A stretch of 42,839 nt of DNA from Nitrososphaeraceae archaeon (lineage in GTDB: Archaea > Thermoproteota > Nitrososphaeria > Nitrososphaerales > Nitrososphaeraceae): NCBI GenBank assembly GCA_044870765.1, contig JBIOZG010000019.1:1-42839 (forward strand), read 5' to 3'. The notes below the pieces were generated by a model. The model was not told the DNA's origin. It did no database searches and worked only from the letters and a program-made list of their open reading frames with translations. Positions 9,723 through 19,342 of the stretch are shown piece by piece. Position 1 is the first letter of the stretch. The number at the start of each line of letters is the position of its first letter. The translations under genes and the position numbers were made by a program.

Positions 9723-10262
9723 TTATTTTAAATGATTTGCTGTTAACTTGCTTATGAATTCATTCACAACCTCATTAGTGTTATCGCTCTTTTTCATGTA
9801 GTAGTAGAGCTCCTCGGTTGCTGCATGATGGTCTACGCCAATATTCTGAGCTAGCTGTACGGAAATTAATGACAATAACAATTTCCTCAAGACTAATTCT
9901 AGCCCATAGTTCTTGATGTCGATGGATAATTCGGATATAACATTTTTGATGTTTGCGTCGATGTATCTGCTCTTCGCTTCCCTGCTCTTAATCGAAAATT
10001 GAACTCCCATAAGTCTTTCCTTCATGTGAATTTTTTCTATCATTTCAATAAATCTTTCATTTAATTCTGGATTTTCATACAATACTTGGGTTAATAAATC
10101 TCCAGCATCAGATTCGTTCAATGACAGGACCTCAACGAGTTTGAACAATACATGGCATGATGCACATCCACCAGATTCTATTAAGGAAGAATTCGAATTA
10201 ACTTTTGTGATTTCTGAGTCAATTATCTTCTTGCCATTTTCAATTTGATCTTCGTTAGCCAT
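9723..10262 (-). CDS. Conserved hypothetical protein with CxxCH motif
   Basis: Open frame; ATG at 10262 (MANEDQ) preferred; contains GGCASCH; mostly helical, no signal peptide. Confidence 0.75.
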   Translation of the reverse strand: MANEDQIENGKKIIDSEITKVNSNSSLIESGGCASCHVLFKLVEVLSLNESDAGDLLTQVLYENPELNERFIEMIEKIHMKERLMGVQFSIKSREAKSRYIDANIKNVISELSIDIKNYGLELVLRKLLLSLISVQLAQNIGVDHHAATEELYYYMKKSDNTNEVVNEFISKLTANHLK

Positions 10263-10405
10263 AAGAAGAATAGGACTAATACTCCTTAAAACCTTATAAT
10301 TCCTACCAGGATTTCTGATAATAATCAAAAAAATGTCAATTGATGATATTACTAATAATACATATAAACGGCTTAAAGCTTATTTAAATTCACAATTAAT
10401 ATAAG

Positions 10406-10801
10406 CTATTCAAAATATTGGATATTGTCTTTTATCTTTGGAATTATTTGTTCTCTCATAAGGGAATCAATGTGAGGCTCTTCAACATCAACTGTAAGTA
10501 GAACATAATATTTGTTATTTATGGGAGTAACAATCCTTACGAGTTTTTCGTATTTACCCAAAGAATACACAAGTCTACCTAGTTTGTCCTCAAATTTCAT
10601 CCTCGATTTGTGTCTAGCTATTGCATTTAGGGTATATTCTTGATTTTCTTGCCGAGTCATTAAGGGCTCAAGACCATCTCTTCTGGCAATATTGAGTAAA
10701 GTACCACTAGAGTCAGCTATGGCAATCCACCTTAATGAAGAATTGATTTTCAATATTTCCTTCGAGAGACTTTCAAAATGGTCCTTATTATTTTTAGACA
10801 T
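10406..10801 (-). CDS. DUF6659-like (roadblock/profilin-like) protein, paralog of 9216..9584
   Basis: ILKI..SLRWIAIAD..G....RR.GL.PLM / FEDKLG.L.Y..GKYEKL parallels the 9216..9584 protein. Confidence 0.7.
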   Translation of the reverse strand: MSKNNKDHFESLSKEILKINSSLRWIAIADSSGTLLNIARRDGLEPLMTRQENQEYTLNAIARHKSRMKFEDKLGRLVYSLGKYEKLVRIVTPINNKYYVLLTVDVEEPHIDSLMREQIIPKIKDNIQYFE

Positions 10802-11020
10802 TGCTGTGATTTAAGTTGTTCACAAATATGTATTAATATTTATCTGGTAACGTAGCACAAGTTATTTACTTAACTCTATTTTTATGGTAAATTGATTTGT
10901 GCCTAACTGGTCAAGATAAGAGCCAACCAACAAGATTGACTATCCTAACAATGAATTCAAGATGGGCATACGATTACATGCCAAATTTTTATTTAAATCT
11001 TCTAATAAAGTATCTAATTT

Positions 11021-11280
11021 CGGTGGACTGTACCTAAACTTAGGCAAGCCAATCCTTATACATCTTATGGTCTCTATGACTAGGCTTAGCACCTAAATTG
11101 TCATTAGCCGGTGGAGACACTCTGGACATTGGTACCAGTCCACCGGTTTAAATTATTTTATATTTTGTTGGTTTAATGAAAATAACGTGGATATGGCCTG
11201 GGGGAACCATCAGAATTTGACATTTTGGTCCCCGCCAGTCGCCATAATACTATTTCATGCTGTGGATGCCACAAAGCATG
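11021..11280. other. GC-richer multi-hairpin non-coding element (structured ncRNA or MITE-like)
   Basis: CGGTGGACTGTACC (11021-34) pairs with GGTACCAGTCCACCG (11131-45). Further stems at 11192-11246 and 11256-11280. Confidence 0.5.
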
Positions 11281-11340
11281 TAAGAAATTATAAACAAAAT
11301 TATTATTTTTTTGATTCAATCAGATGGTTAGTAGCTGAGA

Positions 11341-11488
11341 GGCGATATTGACAATTCTCGTAGCAAAAGAATTAGCATTATTGTAGACGATCAATCTTGA
11401 TATTATTCTCTTTTTCGTGAGGCATTAAAAACCATTACGAGTAACAATACTCACATTTACAGATCCTATTTTGGTGCTAGAAAAATGA
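11341..11488 (+). pseudogene. Frameshifted response-regulator receiver domain remnant
   Basis: Pieces across frames: SKRISIIVDDQ / LDIILF / FREALKTI / VTILTFTDPILVLEK*, matching the recalled Nitrososphaera receiver start (IVDD..DI..LF..AL...TFTDP..ALE). Confidence 0.65.
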
Positions 11489-11562
11489 GATTGTGTCAAT
11501 TTTCTTTGGTAAGGGATATTCGTAGTTATTACTTTTACTCAGTAATTCATATAAAATATAAA

Positions 11563-12720
11563 ATGGATACCAGTACGTCCAAGTCATTGGTTAGCGAATA
11601 TAAACCTATACATGGCTTTGCTACTCCAGAAGGCACAAGGAAATTCAAGGAAAATGCCCTAAAAAATGGAATAGCAAATTCACACTTCCGTTCTTTTGAT
11701 AACCTAAATTTCTCAAGTTTAGGTATGGGGACCTATTTGGGACAAATTACGGCGGAAGATGATCTAGATATGGAGAACGCGATTTATGAATGCGTAAAGT
11801 CCGGGGCAATGAACATAATCGATACTGCCATAAATTATCGTTCTATGAAATCAGAAAAAAATATTGGAAATGCAATAAAAAAACTAATTGACAACGATGT
11901 TGTTTCGCGCGATCAAGTATTTATATCAACAAAAAATGGATACATTACCAATGATGGTGATTATCCAACAATAGATGTACTTGAATATATGTATAAAATG
12001 TTCATTTCACAAGGAATCATAGACTCCAAAGACATCAGCTCTGGATATAATGTATTAAATCCCAATTATATTAGTAAATGTATTGACAAGTCACTAACAA
12101 ACATGCAACTTGATACTATCGATCTTGTGTATGTTCATAATGCTTATGAGAGCTGGGTCGAAGACATCACAAGGAGTGATTTTGATGAAATGATACGAAG
12201 GGTTTTTCAAGTTTATGAAGAGTATAGATCGAAGAACAAAATTAGATATTACGGAATGGCAACGTGGACATGTTTTAGATTGCCCCAAAATGAAACAGGA
12301 TATCTCTCTTTGGAAGATATGGTAAGAATAGCAGAAGACGTAGGAGGAGAAAATCATGGATTTCGGTTTATACAACTACCATACAATCTAGCCTATACAG
12401 AAGCATATTTACTCAAGAATCAATCTGTTGGTGGAGATACTGAACTTACTATTCTCGAGGCGTGTAATAGATTAAAAATTGGAGTTTTTACGAGTGTTCC
12501 GCTTTTACAAGCTAAATTGTTTGGTGCAAAAATACCCGATTACTTGGGTTACAATAATCAACTATTAAAAATAATTCAAATAACCAGATCCACTCCAAAC
12601 ATACTTGCTCCATTAATTGGACAAAAGAAGCTTCAACATGTTAAAGAAAATATAGAGTTGGCCAAGGTGGCACCATTAGATAATTCAGAATTCAACAACG
12701 CAATAAAAATTTTCAGCTAG
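11563..12720 (+). CDS. Aldo/keto reductase family oxidoreductase
   Basis: SSLGMGTY, IDTAINY, FISTK, IDLVYVHN, IQLPYNL; start at ATG 11563 preferred. Confidence 0.9.
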   Translation: MDTSTSKSLVSEYKPIHGFATPEGTRKFKENALKNGIANSHFRSFDNLNFSSLGMGTYLGQITAEDDLDMENAIYECVKSGAMNIIDTAINYRSMKSEKNIGNAIKKLIDNDVVSRDQVFISTKNGYITNDGDYPTIDVLEYMYKMFISQGIIDSKDISSGYNVLNPNYISKCIDKSLTNMQLDTIDLVYVHNAYESWVEDITRSDFDEMIRRVFQVYEEYRSKNKIRYYGMATWTCFRLPQNETGYLSLEDMVRIAEDVGGENHGFRFIQLPYNLAYTEAYLLKNQSVGGDTELTILEACNRLKIGVFTSVPLLQAKLFGAKIPDYLGYNNQLLKIIQITRSTPNILAPLIGQKKLQHVKENIELAKVAPLDNSEFNNAIKIFS

Positions 12721-12862
12721 AAGTTTAGCCCATAGATATGAGAAGATTATCTTGTTACTTGCTACCATTCGATGGACATAATATACAAGAAAATCTTAAT
12801 CGATTATTCCATTTTCTACATATCATATAGAAACTTAAAACTGGTTAGAAAAAATCTATATT

Positions 12863-13129
12863 TTATAAAACCGCTATTGTAATTACATTATCGCCCCGTA
12901 TCAGCGCATCGCCTACTTGCGACTCTTGTTGTTGCTCTTTTTTTTCAGAGTTGTTATTATTATTGCCTTGTTGTTCTATAATTTCTGTAGCTTCGGTTAT
13001 TACGATATTCATCTGTTTGTCAAATCCCTTAATTTTTCCCCTTACTGATCTTCTTCCCTTTAGTTTGACAAGCACATTTTTTCCAATACTTTCCTGCAGT
13101 AATTGAGTTGCAATTCCCTCTTCGGACAT
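12863..13129 (-). CDS. Sm-like archaeal RNA-binding protein (LSm/SmAP)
   Basis: Sm1 VLVKLKG..VRG.IKGFDKQMNIV and Sm2 LIRGDNV. Confidence 0.9.
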   Translation of the reverse strand: MSEEGIATQLLQESIGKNVLVKLKGRRSVRGKIKGFDKQMNIVITEATEIIEQQGNNNNNSEKKEQQQESQVGDALIRGDNVITIAVL

Positions 13130-13373
13130 TTTTAGTTTTCATTTGGATACTAGACCAATATTAATTCTTTCGATTTCTAGTTTCTTTATCTCCAATAATT
13201 AAGGTCAATTGTAACGATATTGATTCTAAATTAAAAAATAGGTATCTATAATTTTACTAAACAAGAGTACAAGCAAGTATATACCAAATTTACACTTTTA
13301 CGTCCAAGTCAAAATCGCGCACAAAAAAACCTTGCAATTCTATTGGGCATTCCAATATGAAGGGCAGGTAAGG

Positions 13374-13568
13374 CTAAGTTTTCTTTATTACCTTTCTAAA
13401 ATGCTCTAAGTTCTTTGAAATTTCTTCGTTCCATTGTTCTTCAGTGTAACCATGGACCTTAATTCCATGTTCTTTAGCGTTCTGAAGTAATTCTTCTTCA
13501 GTATCTCCGTACATCGTATGGGTACAAACCGGATCGCCTGCGTCTTTACAGTTTATTGAGAGAGTCAT
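13374..13568 (-). CDS. DUF1059 family small metal-binding protein
   Basis: C.DAG..C....GDTEEELL....H...VHG pattern. Confidence 0.8.
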   Translation of the reverse strand: MTLSINCKDAGDPVCTHTMYGDTEEELLQNAKEHGIKVHGYTEEQWNEEISKNLEHFRKVIKKT

Positions 13569-13773
13569 AAAAAATTACTTCAATGGAAACTATTTAAATT
13601 TTGTCATGCTTTGGAAATCGATATTGATACACTGGCCTCATTTAGAAAAGATTCTTTGATTAGTAAATGATAATTATGTCAACTGATTGATCACACTACC
13701 AATCAATTTCACAACTCCAAGCAAGCAAGATCAATTCTTATAACACAAATTCTCTAATTTAGAAGAGAAACAT

Positions 13774-15366
13774 ATGAACGAAGATATTAAATACGCATTA
13801 AAATATCACGAAGAAACCAAGCATTCTGAATTTAACATTCGATCATCCAGCCATTACCTTGATTGGGATAATAAACCAAAAGCATTTAAATTTTATTCAA
13901 AGATTCCATCGACGGCTCTCCCAGTAGATTTTCCCACTCCTGACCAAAATGTTGTTACCATGATAGATACGGTTCAAGTTTCTAGTTCAGTTAGCGCCAA
14001 TATAGATATAGATATTAAATTGTTGTCATCGTTACTTTTTTTTTCGTCAGGAATTACAAGACAAATCAAGTTTCCTCATGGTAAATATTTAATGCGTGCT
14101 GCTCCTGCAACTGGCGCCTTATACCCAATTGAAGTCTATATAGTGTCCAAAAACATCAATGGTTTGCAAGCAGGTATCTATCATTTCTGCCCCGGCCAGT
14201 TCACCGTAACAATTTTGAGAGAAGGAGACTATAGATTATTATTGGCAGAGGCTGCGGGAGATAACGATCAAATAAAGAATTCACCGTTTACTATAATTCT
14301 AACCTCAATTGCATGGAGAAACGCTTGGAAATATCAGGCACGTTCGTACAGACATTGGTTTTGGGATTCTGGTGTGATTGCTGCGAATTTGATTGCAACT
14401 GCTAAGTCGTTCGGATTGGAAACCAAATTGATACTTGGGTTTGTTGACAAAGTTGTAAATGATATGTTATGTCTTGATGAAGGAAAAGAAGCATCGGTGG
14501 TTTTAGCGCCAATTGGAATTGGATGTTCGCAAGAAAAGCCCAAGAAAATGGAATATCCGTCTAGATTTGTTCCGGATATTGTTCCACTTTCAAAGAACAA
14601 GGAAATGGAATATCCCCAGATCTGGGAATTACATAATGCATCATCATTGAATTCAAGCGAAGAGGTGCGTAAGTGGACAGATTCGGTACCTATGATCCAA
14701 TTTCAGGAACCAGAAAAAGCTGGTATCATGGAATCAAAGCAAATTGAACCTAGACCCGCAATTTCACAATCGCTATCCAATGTCATACTTTTAAGGGGAT
14801 CTACTAGAAAATTCTCGAGGCAACCAATTGCATTTGAACAGCTTTCAAATATTCTTTATAGCTTAACTAGGCGTATTAATTCAGACTTTATTGACAAAAA
14901 ATCTATGATAGATATTTACTTCATTGCAAATGAAGTAGCTAATTTGCAAAGCGGAGCATATTTTTTTAATCGAAAAGATAATTCAATTAATCTCTTAAAT
15001 TCAAACGTTCACAGAAATACATCAGGATATCTATGTCTAGAACAACCTCTGTTTAGTGATGCAAGTACTGTTTTTTACATGATGTCCAATCTAAAATTAA
15101 TACTGGAAAGTCTAGGAAATAGAGGCTACAGGCTATGCCAATTTGAATCTGGAATCATAGCAGGGAAAATCTACCTGTCTGCCTATAGTCAAGGAATTGG
15201 TGCTTCAGGATCAACTTTTTATGACGACGCTGTGATAGAATTTTTCTCTCCACATGCAAAAGATAAGGAAACTATGATTGCCGTTGGTATTGGTATTTCA
15301 GATTATAAATCAAAACCTGGAAAAATACTTGCAGGCAAGTTCTCAAGAGAAGATCTTTTATCATGA
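13774..15366 (+). CDS. SagB/ThcOx-family FMN-dependent dehydrogenase (tandem nitroreductase domains)
   Basis: YHEETKH, RAAPATGALYPIEVY, WKYQARSYR, second domain RGSTRKF...RGYR..FESG. Confidence 0.88.
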   Translation: MNEDIKYALKYHEETKHSEFNIRSSSHYLDWDNKPKAFKFYSKIPSTALPVDFPTPDQNVVTMIDTVQVSSSVSANIDIDIKLLSSLLFFSSGITRQIKFPHGKYLMRAAPATGALYPIEVYIVSKNINGLQAGIYHFCPGQFTVTILREGDYRLLLAEAAGDNDQIKNSPFTIILTSIAWRNAWKYQARSYRHWFWDSGVIAANLIATAKSFGLETKLILGFVDKVVNDMLCLDEGKEASVVLAPIGIGCSQEKPKKMEYPSRFVPDIVPLSKNKEMEYPQIWELHNASSLNSSEEVRKWTDSVPMIQFQEPEKAGIMESKQIEPRPAISQSLSNVILLRGSTRKFSRQPIAFEQLSNILYSLTRRINSDFIDKKSMIDIYFIANEVANLQSGAYFFNRKDNSINLLNSNVHRNTSGYLCLEQPLFSDASTVFYMMSNLKLILESLGNRGYRLCQFESGIIAGKIYLSAYSQGIGASGSTFYDDAVIEFFSPHAKDKETMIAVGIGISDYKSKPGKILAGKFSREDLLS

Positions 15367-15500
15367 TTCAAATTTTGTAAATTTGTTAAAATCACCATTT
15401 AGCGATTTACTTGATTTACTTGCCTGCTTGTGGTAAAACCATTGTGTGAGGTGAGTAGAAATATAACGATGCAATTCAAAGAATATATTCAGTACAAGAA

Positions 15501-16064
15501 TTGAATCCAAGATGCGAGTGGGCAAAAGAATCGATCGAGATTAATTATCATGATAAAGAATGGGGAGTACCCTTACACAATGATAGGAAGCTATTTGAAT
15601 TTCTGGTACTTGAGGGAATGCAAGCAGGTCTTAGTTGGCGTATTATTCTCCGTAAGCGTGAAGAATTTCGAAAGGCATTTGATTATTTCAGAGTTCAGAA
15701 AATAGCAAACTACGATAAGATGAAAATTGAGCAACTCTGTTCCAATTCATCCATAATTAGAAATAAGAAAAAGATTGAGGCAACAATTATCAATGCTAAT
15801 GCATTCCTTGAAATCCAAAAAGAGTTTGGCAGTTTTGATACCTATATATGGAATTTTGTAAGCTATAAACCTATACAAAATTCTTGGAAAAGATATAAAG
15901 AAGTTCCTTCCATGACACAAGAATCTGATCATATTTGTAAAGAGCTTAGAAAACGAGGATTCAAGTTTGTAGGCTCCAAGATATGTTATTCAATGATGCA
16001 AGCTATCGGTATGGTCAATGATCATACTATAGATTGTTTTAGATACAGAGAATTGAGTAACTAA
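15501..16064 (+). CDS. tag: DNA-3-methyladenine glycosylase I
   Basis: RC.W, YHDKEWG, LEGMQAGLSW, GFKFVG, GMVNDH...C; TTG start. Confidence 0.95.
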   Translation: MNPRCEWAKESIEINYHDKEWGVPLHNDRKLFEFLVLEGMQAGLSWRIILRKREEFRKAFDYFRVQKIANYDKMKIEQLCSNSSIIRNKKKIEATIINANAFLEIQKEFGSFDTYIWNFVSYKPIQNSWKRYKEVPSMTQESDHICKELRKRGFKFVGSKICYSMMQAIGMVNDHTIDCFRYRELSN

Positions 16065-16098
16065 GGTAGATATAATGAGTGTTTTTAATACCATATAG

Positions 16099-16809
16099 TT
16101 GAAAAACGTTATCCTTTCAATCCAAAATACAGAGATTGAGACCTTGGGCAATTTGAGAGAATTATTTGAATCTGACGGATTTGAGATTGAAACTAAACAT
16201 GTAAAAAAAGACAGTATTCCTCAAGAAGTCCATAAATATGCAGCAATTGTCATTTTGGGAGGATATATGTCAGTTTACCAAAATCTGCCTTATCTGGAGG
16301 AGCAACAAAAACTGATAAGAAATGCAAATCATCATCAAGTACCGTTACTAGGTATTTGTCTAGGCTCACAATTAATTGCTCAAGCGTTAGGAGGTAGGGT
16401 GTATAAGGGACAACGAAAACAGATTGGATGGTTCGAAGTAAAAGTAAATAATGAAGGATTAAATGATATCTTTAAAGGAATAGCTAATGAGAGAATAAAA
16501 GTATTCCAGTGGCATGGAGATATTTATGAACTTCCGAAATCAGCAATACTTTTAGCCTCCTCCAATTTGTATCCACAAGCATTTAAAGTTGGTAACTCTA
16601 TCGGAATTTTGTTCCATTTAGAAGTAACTCCCGAAATGATCAGCAATTGGACACTGAACTATGGACCTGAGTTGACTGAAGTTGGTGTAAGTACAGATTC
16701 TATTTTAAATAATAAGAAAGATGAATTCGATAATCTGGCAAATAATTGTAAAGTAGTATATTCAAATTTCTCCAAGATGATTTCAAAAGGAAACAGAAAA
16801 ATTAGTTGA
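16099..16809 (+). CDS. Class I glutamine amidotransferase (GMP synthase glutaminase-like)
   Basis: ILGGYMSV, LGICLGSQL nucleophile, QWHGD, FHLE catalytic His/Glu. Confidence 0.9.
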   Translation: MKNVILSIQNTEIETLGNLRELFESDGFEIETKHVKKDSIPQEVHKYAAIVILGGYMSVYQNLPYLEEQQKLIRNANHHQVPLLGICLGSQLIAQALGGRVYKGQRKQIGWFEVKVNNEGLNDIFKGIANERIKVFQWHGDIYELPKSAILLASSNLYPQAFKVGNSIGILFHLEVTPEMISNWTLNYGPELTEVGVSTDSILNNKKDEFDNLANNCKVVYSNFSKMISKGNRKIS

Positions 16810-17039
16810 TGAATTCAACTTAAGTAATTAGATCTAAAAACCACAATAATACCTGATGTTGGATTGAGTTGAAAGTACCAGCTTTTGAGCATTTTATGAA
16901 ACTGGGGTTGGAAGATTCAATTAACATAAACAAAAAATGCAATATAGATGGTAATTAATTGTAATTTATTGTAAATAATATCCTAATATTTACATTTCAG
17001 TGCTTGAATGCAAGCGAGTAACAAGTTTTTTATATTCAA

Positions 17040-18623
17040 TTGTATTGTTATTTGGCGGGGTGTCATTTGTTGCTATTTGATAAGAGTAATATCACAAAAA
17101 CTGAGGTACAGCATCATTTAGCTCCAGCCAAACGATTACCTTGGTGGTATGAACATTACAAGAGAATAAGACTATTCCCATGGTGGGCTCGGTATAATAT
17201 CGGTCTTACCAAAGAAGCATCTCATAAGGACAAAATACTGGAATTAGTCGCAAAAATGGATTTTGATAGGAAGGCTACATCCAGAATTATAAGACATGCA
17301 GTTTCTGAATTTTCTAAAAATGGTTTAGGATCAGATTATCCCGGTTATCACACCATCAACCATAATCTTGAAGTTGCATATATTTCATTGATGTCTGCAA
17401 TAAATCAAAAGTCAGAAAATAAAATCTTTCTAAAGGATATTAAAAATCTTTTTGTGGCTGCGTTATTTCACGATTTCGATCCAAGAAAAGAATTTGAGAA
17501 ACCCAATGAGGATAATATTGAGCTTTTTATTAGAAACGATCAAAAATTAGCTAAACTTATTCAGTCTTTCGAAATAGATCTGAATATAGTGATTGCCCTA
17601 ATACACAGAACAACGTATCCATTTTCTGGGGCCCAAAAAGAACATGCGCTAAAAAGAATGAATGAATTATTCAACCTGTCGGGCATAGATCAGGATGATA
17701 CCGATACCAGGGAACATTACGAGAAGCTTGGACTATTCTTGTCTATTTGTGATCGCATTGCCGGATATTGTTTGGGTGATTTTAATTATGCTAAGGAACT
17801 GGCAAGACGCAACGCCCGTGGTATTGGATGGCATTCTCAGGTAATCAATGAAAAGTCTGTAGAGTACTTTGCTGCGCTTAAACAAAGGGATGACAAAGAT
17901 ACCTTTGAAATGGTAATACAGAGTTTACCCGTTGGATACAGGAAGAATTTTTTTGATAATGTTGAAGGTTTTAAGGAGGCATGGGAAAGAGAACTCGAGA
18001 TTAAAGCCTCGTTACGTAAGAATGAAATTAGTTTTGTAACAGTTGTTGAAAATACTATCAGTGAAGGAGATAAGATAAGTACGGATTTATGTGACACAAT
18101 TATGAAGATACGTCATGAATATTGTTCTCCTATGAATTTTCATGATAGAGAATTTCGTAAGTCAATTTGCGATCCAAGTACGATTCTCATAACTCTAAGA
18201 ATCAACAGTGATGCTGGACAGATTGTTGGGTATGTAAAAGGAGGTCCTTTGGAAAAACACAAGCCTAGGCATTCCGGATATGATGAAAGTTTAGGTAAAA
18301 TGAATACAATCCATATGGAATCTCTCAGAGATGGTACCTTGGATCAAAATTTAGGTAAAATGAATTCAGTTTTTATGGAATGGATGGCAATTAAAACTGG
18401 ATATCTTGGAGAAAAAGGAGGCCACATGCTCAGATCTGAATTTCTTAAAGAGGCAAGGAGGCGTGATTACAAATATGTCACAAGCTACTATCAAAGAGAA
18501 CTTATTATTAATAGAAAGAATAAAGGAGAACCGATTGAGATAGTTCAACAGTATGATGCTGCTATGATTGATTATTATAGAATAGATCTATCTCAATTTG
18601 TTGAATCAATTTCAATACAATAA
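17040..18623 (+). CDS. HD-domain phosphohydrolase fused to GNAT-like C-terminal domain
   Basis: GYHTINH...AALFHDFDP...SICDRIAGY; C-terminal IVGYVKGGP...GYLGEKGGHMLR..FL..ARRRDYKYV. Start uncertain (TTG 17067 possible). Confidence 0.8.
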   Translation: MYCYLAGCHLLLFDKSNITKTEVQHHLAPAKRLPWWYEHYKRIRLFPWWARYNIGLTKEASHKDKILELVAKMDFDRKATSRIIRHAVSEFSKNGLGSDYPGYHTINHNLEVAYISLMSAINQKSENKIFLKDIKNLFVAALFHDFDPRKEFEKPNEDNIELFIRNDQKLAKLIQSFEIDLNIVIALIHRTTYPFSGAQKEHALKRMNELFNLSGIDQDDTDTREHYEKLGLFLSICDRIAGYCLGDFNYAKELARRNARGIGWHSQVINEKSVEYFAALKQRDDKDTFEMVIQSLPVGYRKNFFDNVEGFKEAWERELEIKASLRKNEISFVTVVENTISEGDKISTDLCDTIMKIRHEYCSPMNFHDREFRKSICDPSTILITLRINSDAGQIVGYVKGGPLEKHKPRHSGYDESLGKMNTIHMESLRDGTLDQNLGKMNSVFMEWMAIKTGYLGEKGGHMLRSEFLKEARRRDYKYVTSYYQRELIINRKNKGEPIEIVQQYDAAMIDYYRIDLSQFVESISIQ

Positions 18624-18744
18624 ATCGACAGAATAATTTAGGTGACAATAATAGTTTCCAGAGCTAATTATCTTCTTTTAACATAATTCTTAATTGTCAT
18701 TTGATATTTTATGATAGAAAATGATCTGCGGGCTCGTGTATAGC

Positions 18745-19212
18745 TTACTTGCCAAATGTCGGAATCAGCAGTGAATTCTAAGAGGTAATAAGATTTTGAT
18801 GGTATGATTCCATTGATGTCAATGCTAGGGTATACATTTTTATGTTCTCTTTTGAAATATCAATTTAATTCAAATGCAATTTGATTCCATATTTCACATG
18901 CCTTTACAAAATTTTCTGTAAATATATCTACTTGGTTTTTAATTTGCTCGGCATATATGGCTGACCTGTTATCAAAGTTGTTCCAATTATTCTCAAGGAA
19001 AGTACTTTGAAGATTGGATACATTCTGAGTTACGTTTTTTGTAGCTTCAAAATATTCAACCTGGAGATTCGAAAGCGATTGAGTATATTTAGGTTGAACT
19101 TTTGCGATCTCATTTGTGATATCATTACAAGATTTTGAATAGTCTCAATTATTTGCAGATGGTTTTTGATGCATTAGTTAGAGGTCTAGTTTCTCGACTT
19201 GTTCTTAACCAT
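18745..19212 (-). pseudogene. Degraded phasin-like helical protein of Nitrososphaeraceae
   Basis: Manual translation: NDITNEIAKVQPKYTQSLSNLQVEYFEATKNVTQN...EQIKNQVDIFTENF...WNQIAF, frameshift, IDISKENIKMY...NLITS*NS. Has frameshifts and an internal TAG. Family assignment from recall. Confidence 0.6.
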
Positions 19213-19342
19213 TTTTGACCGTGTAATGGTAACCAATGGTGGTTTATAAGCATTTAATATTATTTTGTATTAGATACGATCGATTGGAGTTAATTGATTA
19301 CGCACTGATCCAATTTAATAACCTTCATGTCATTAGATATAC

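Noticed and set aside
9723-10262. c-type cytochrome call from CxxCH
   Set aside because: No signal peptide and no maturation genes seen; kept only as an unexplained motif.
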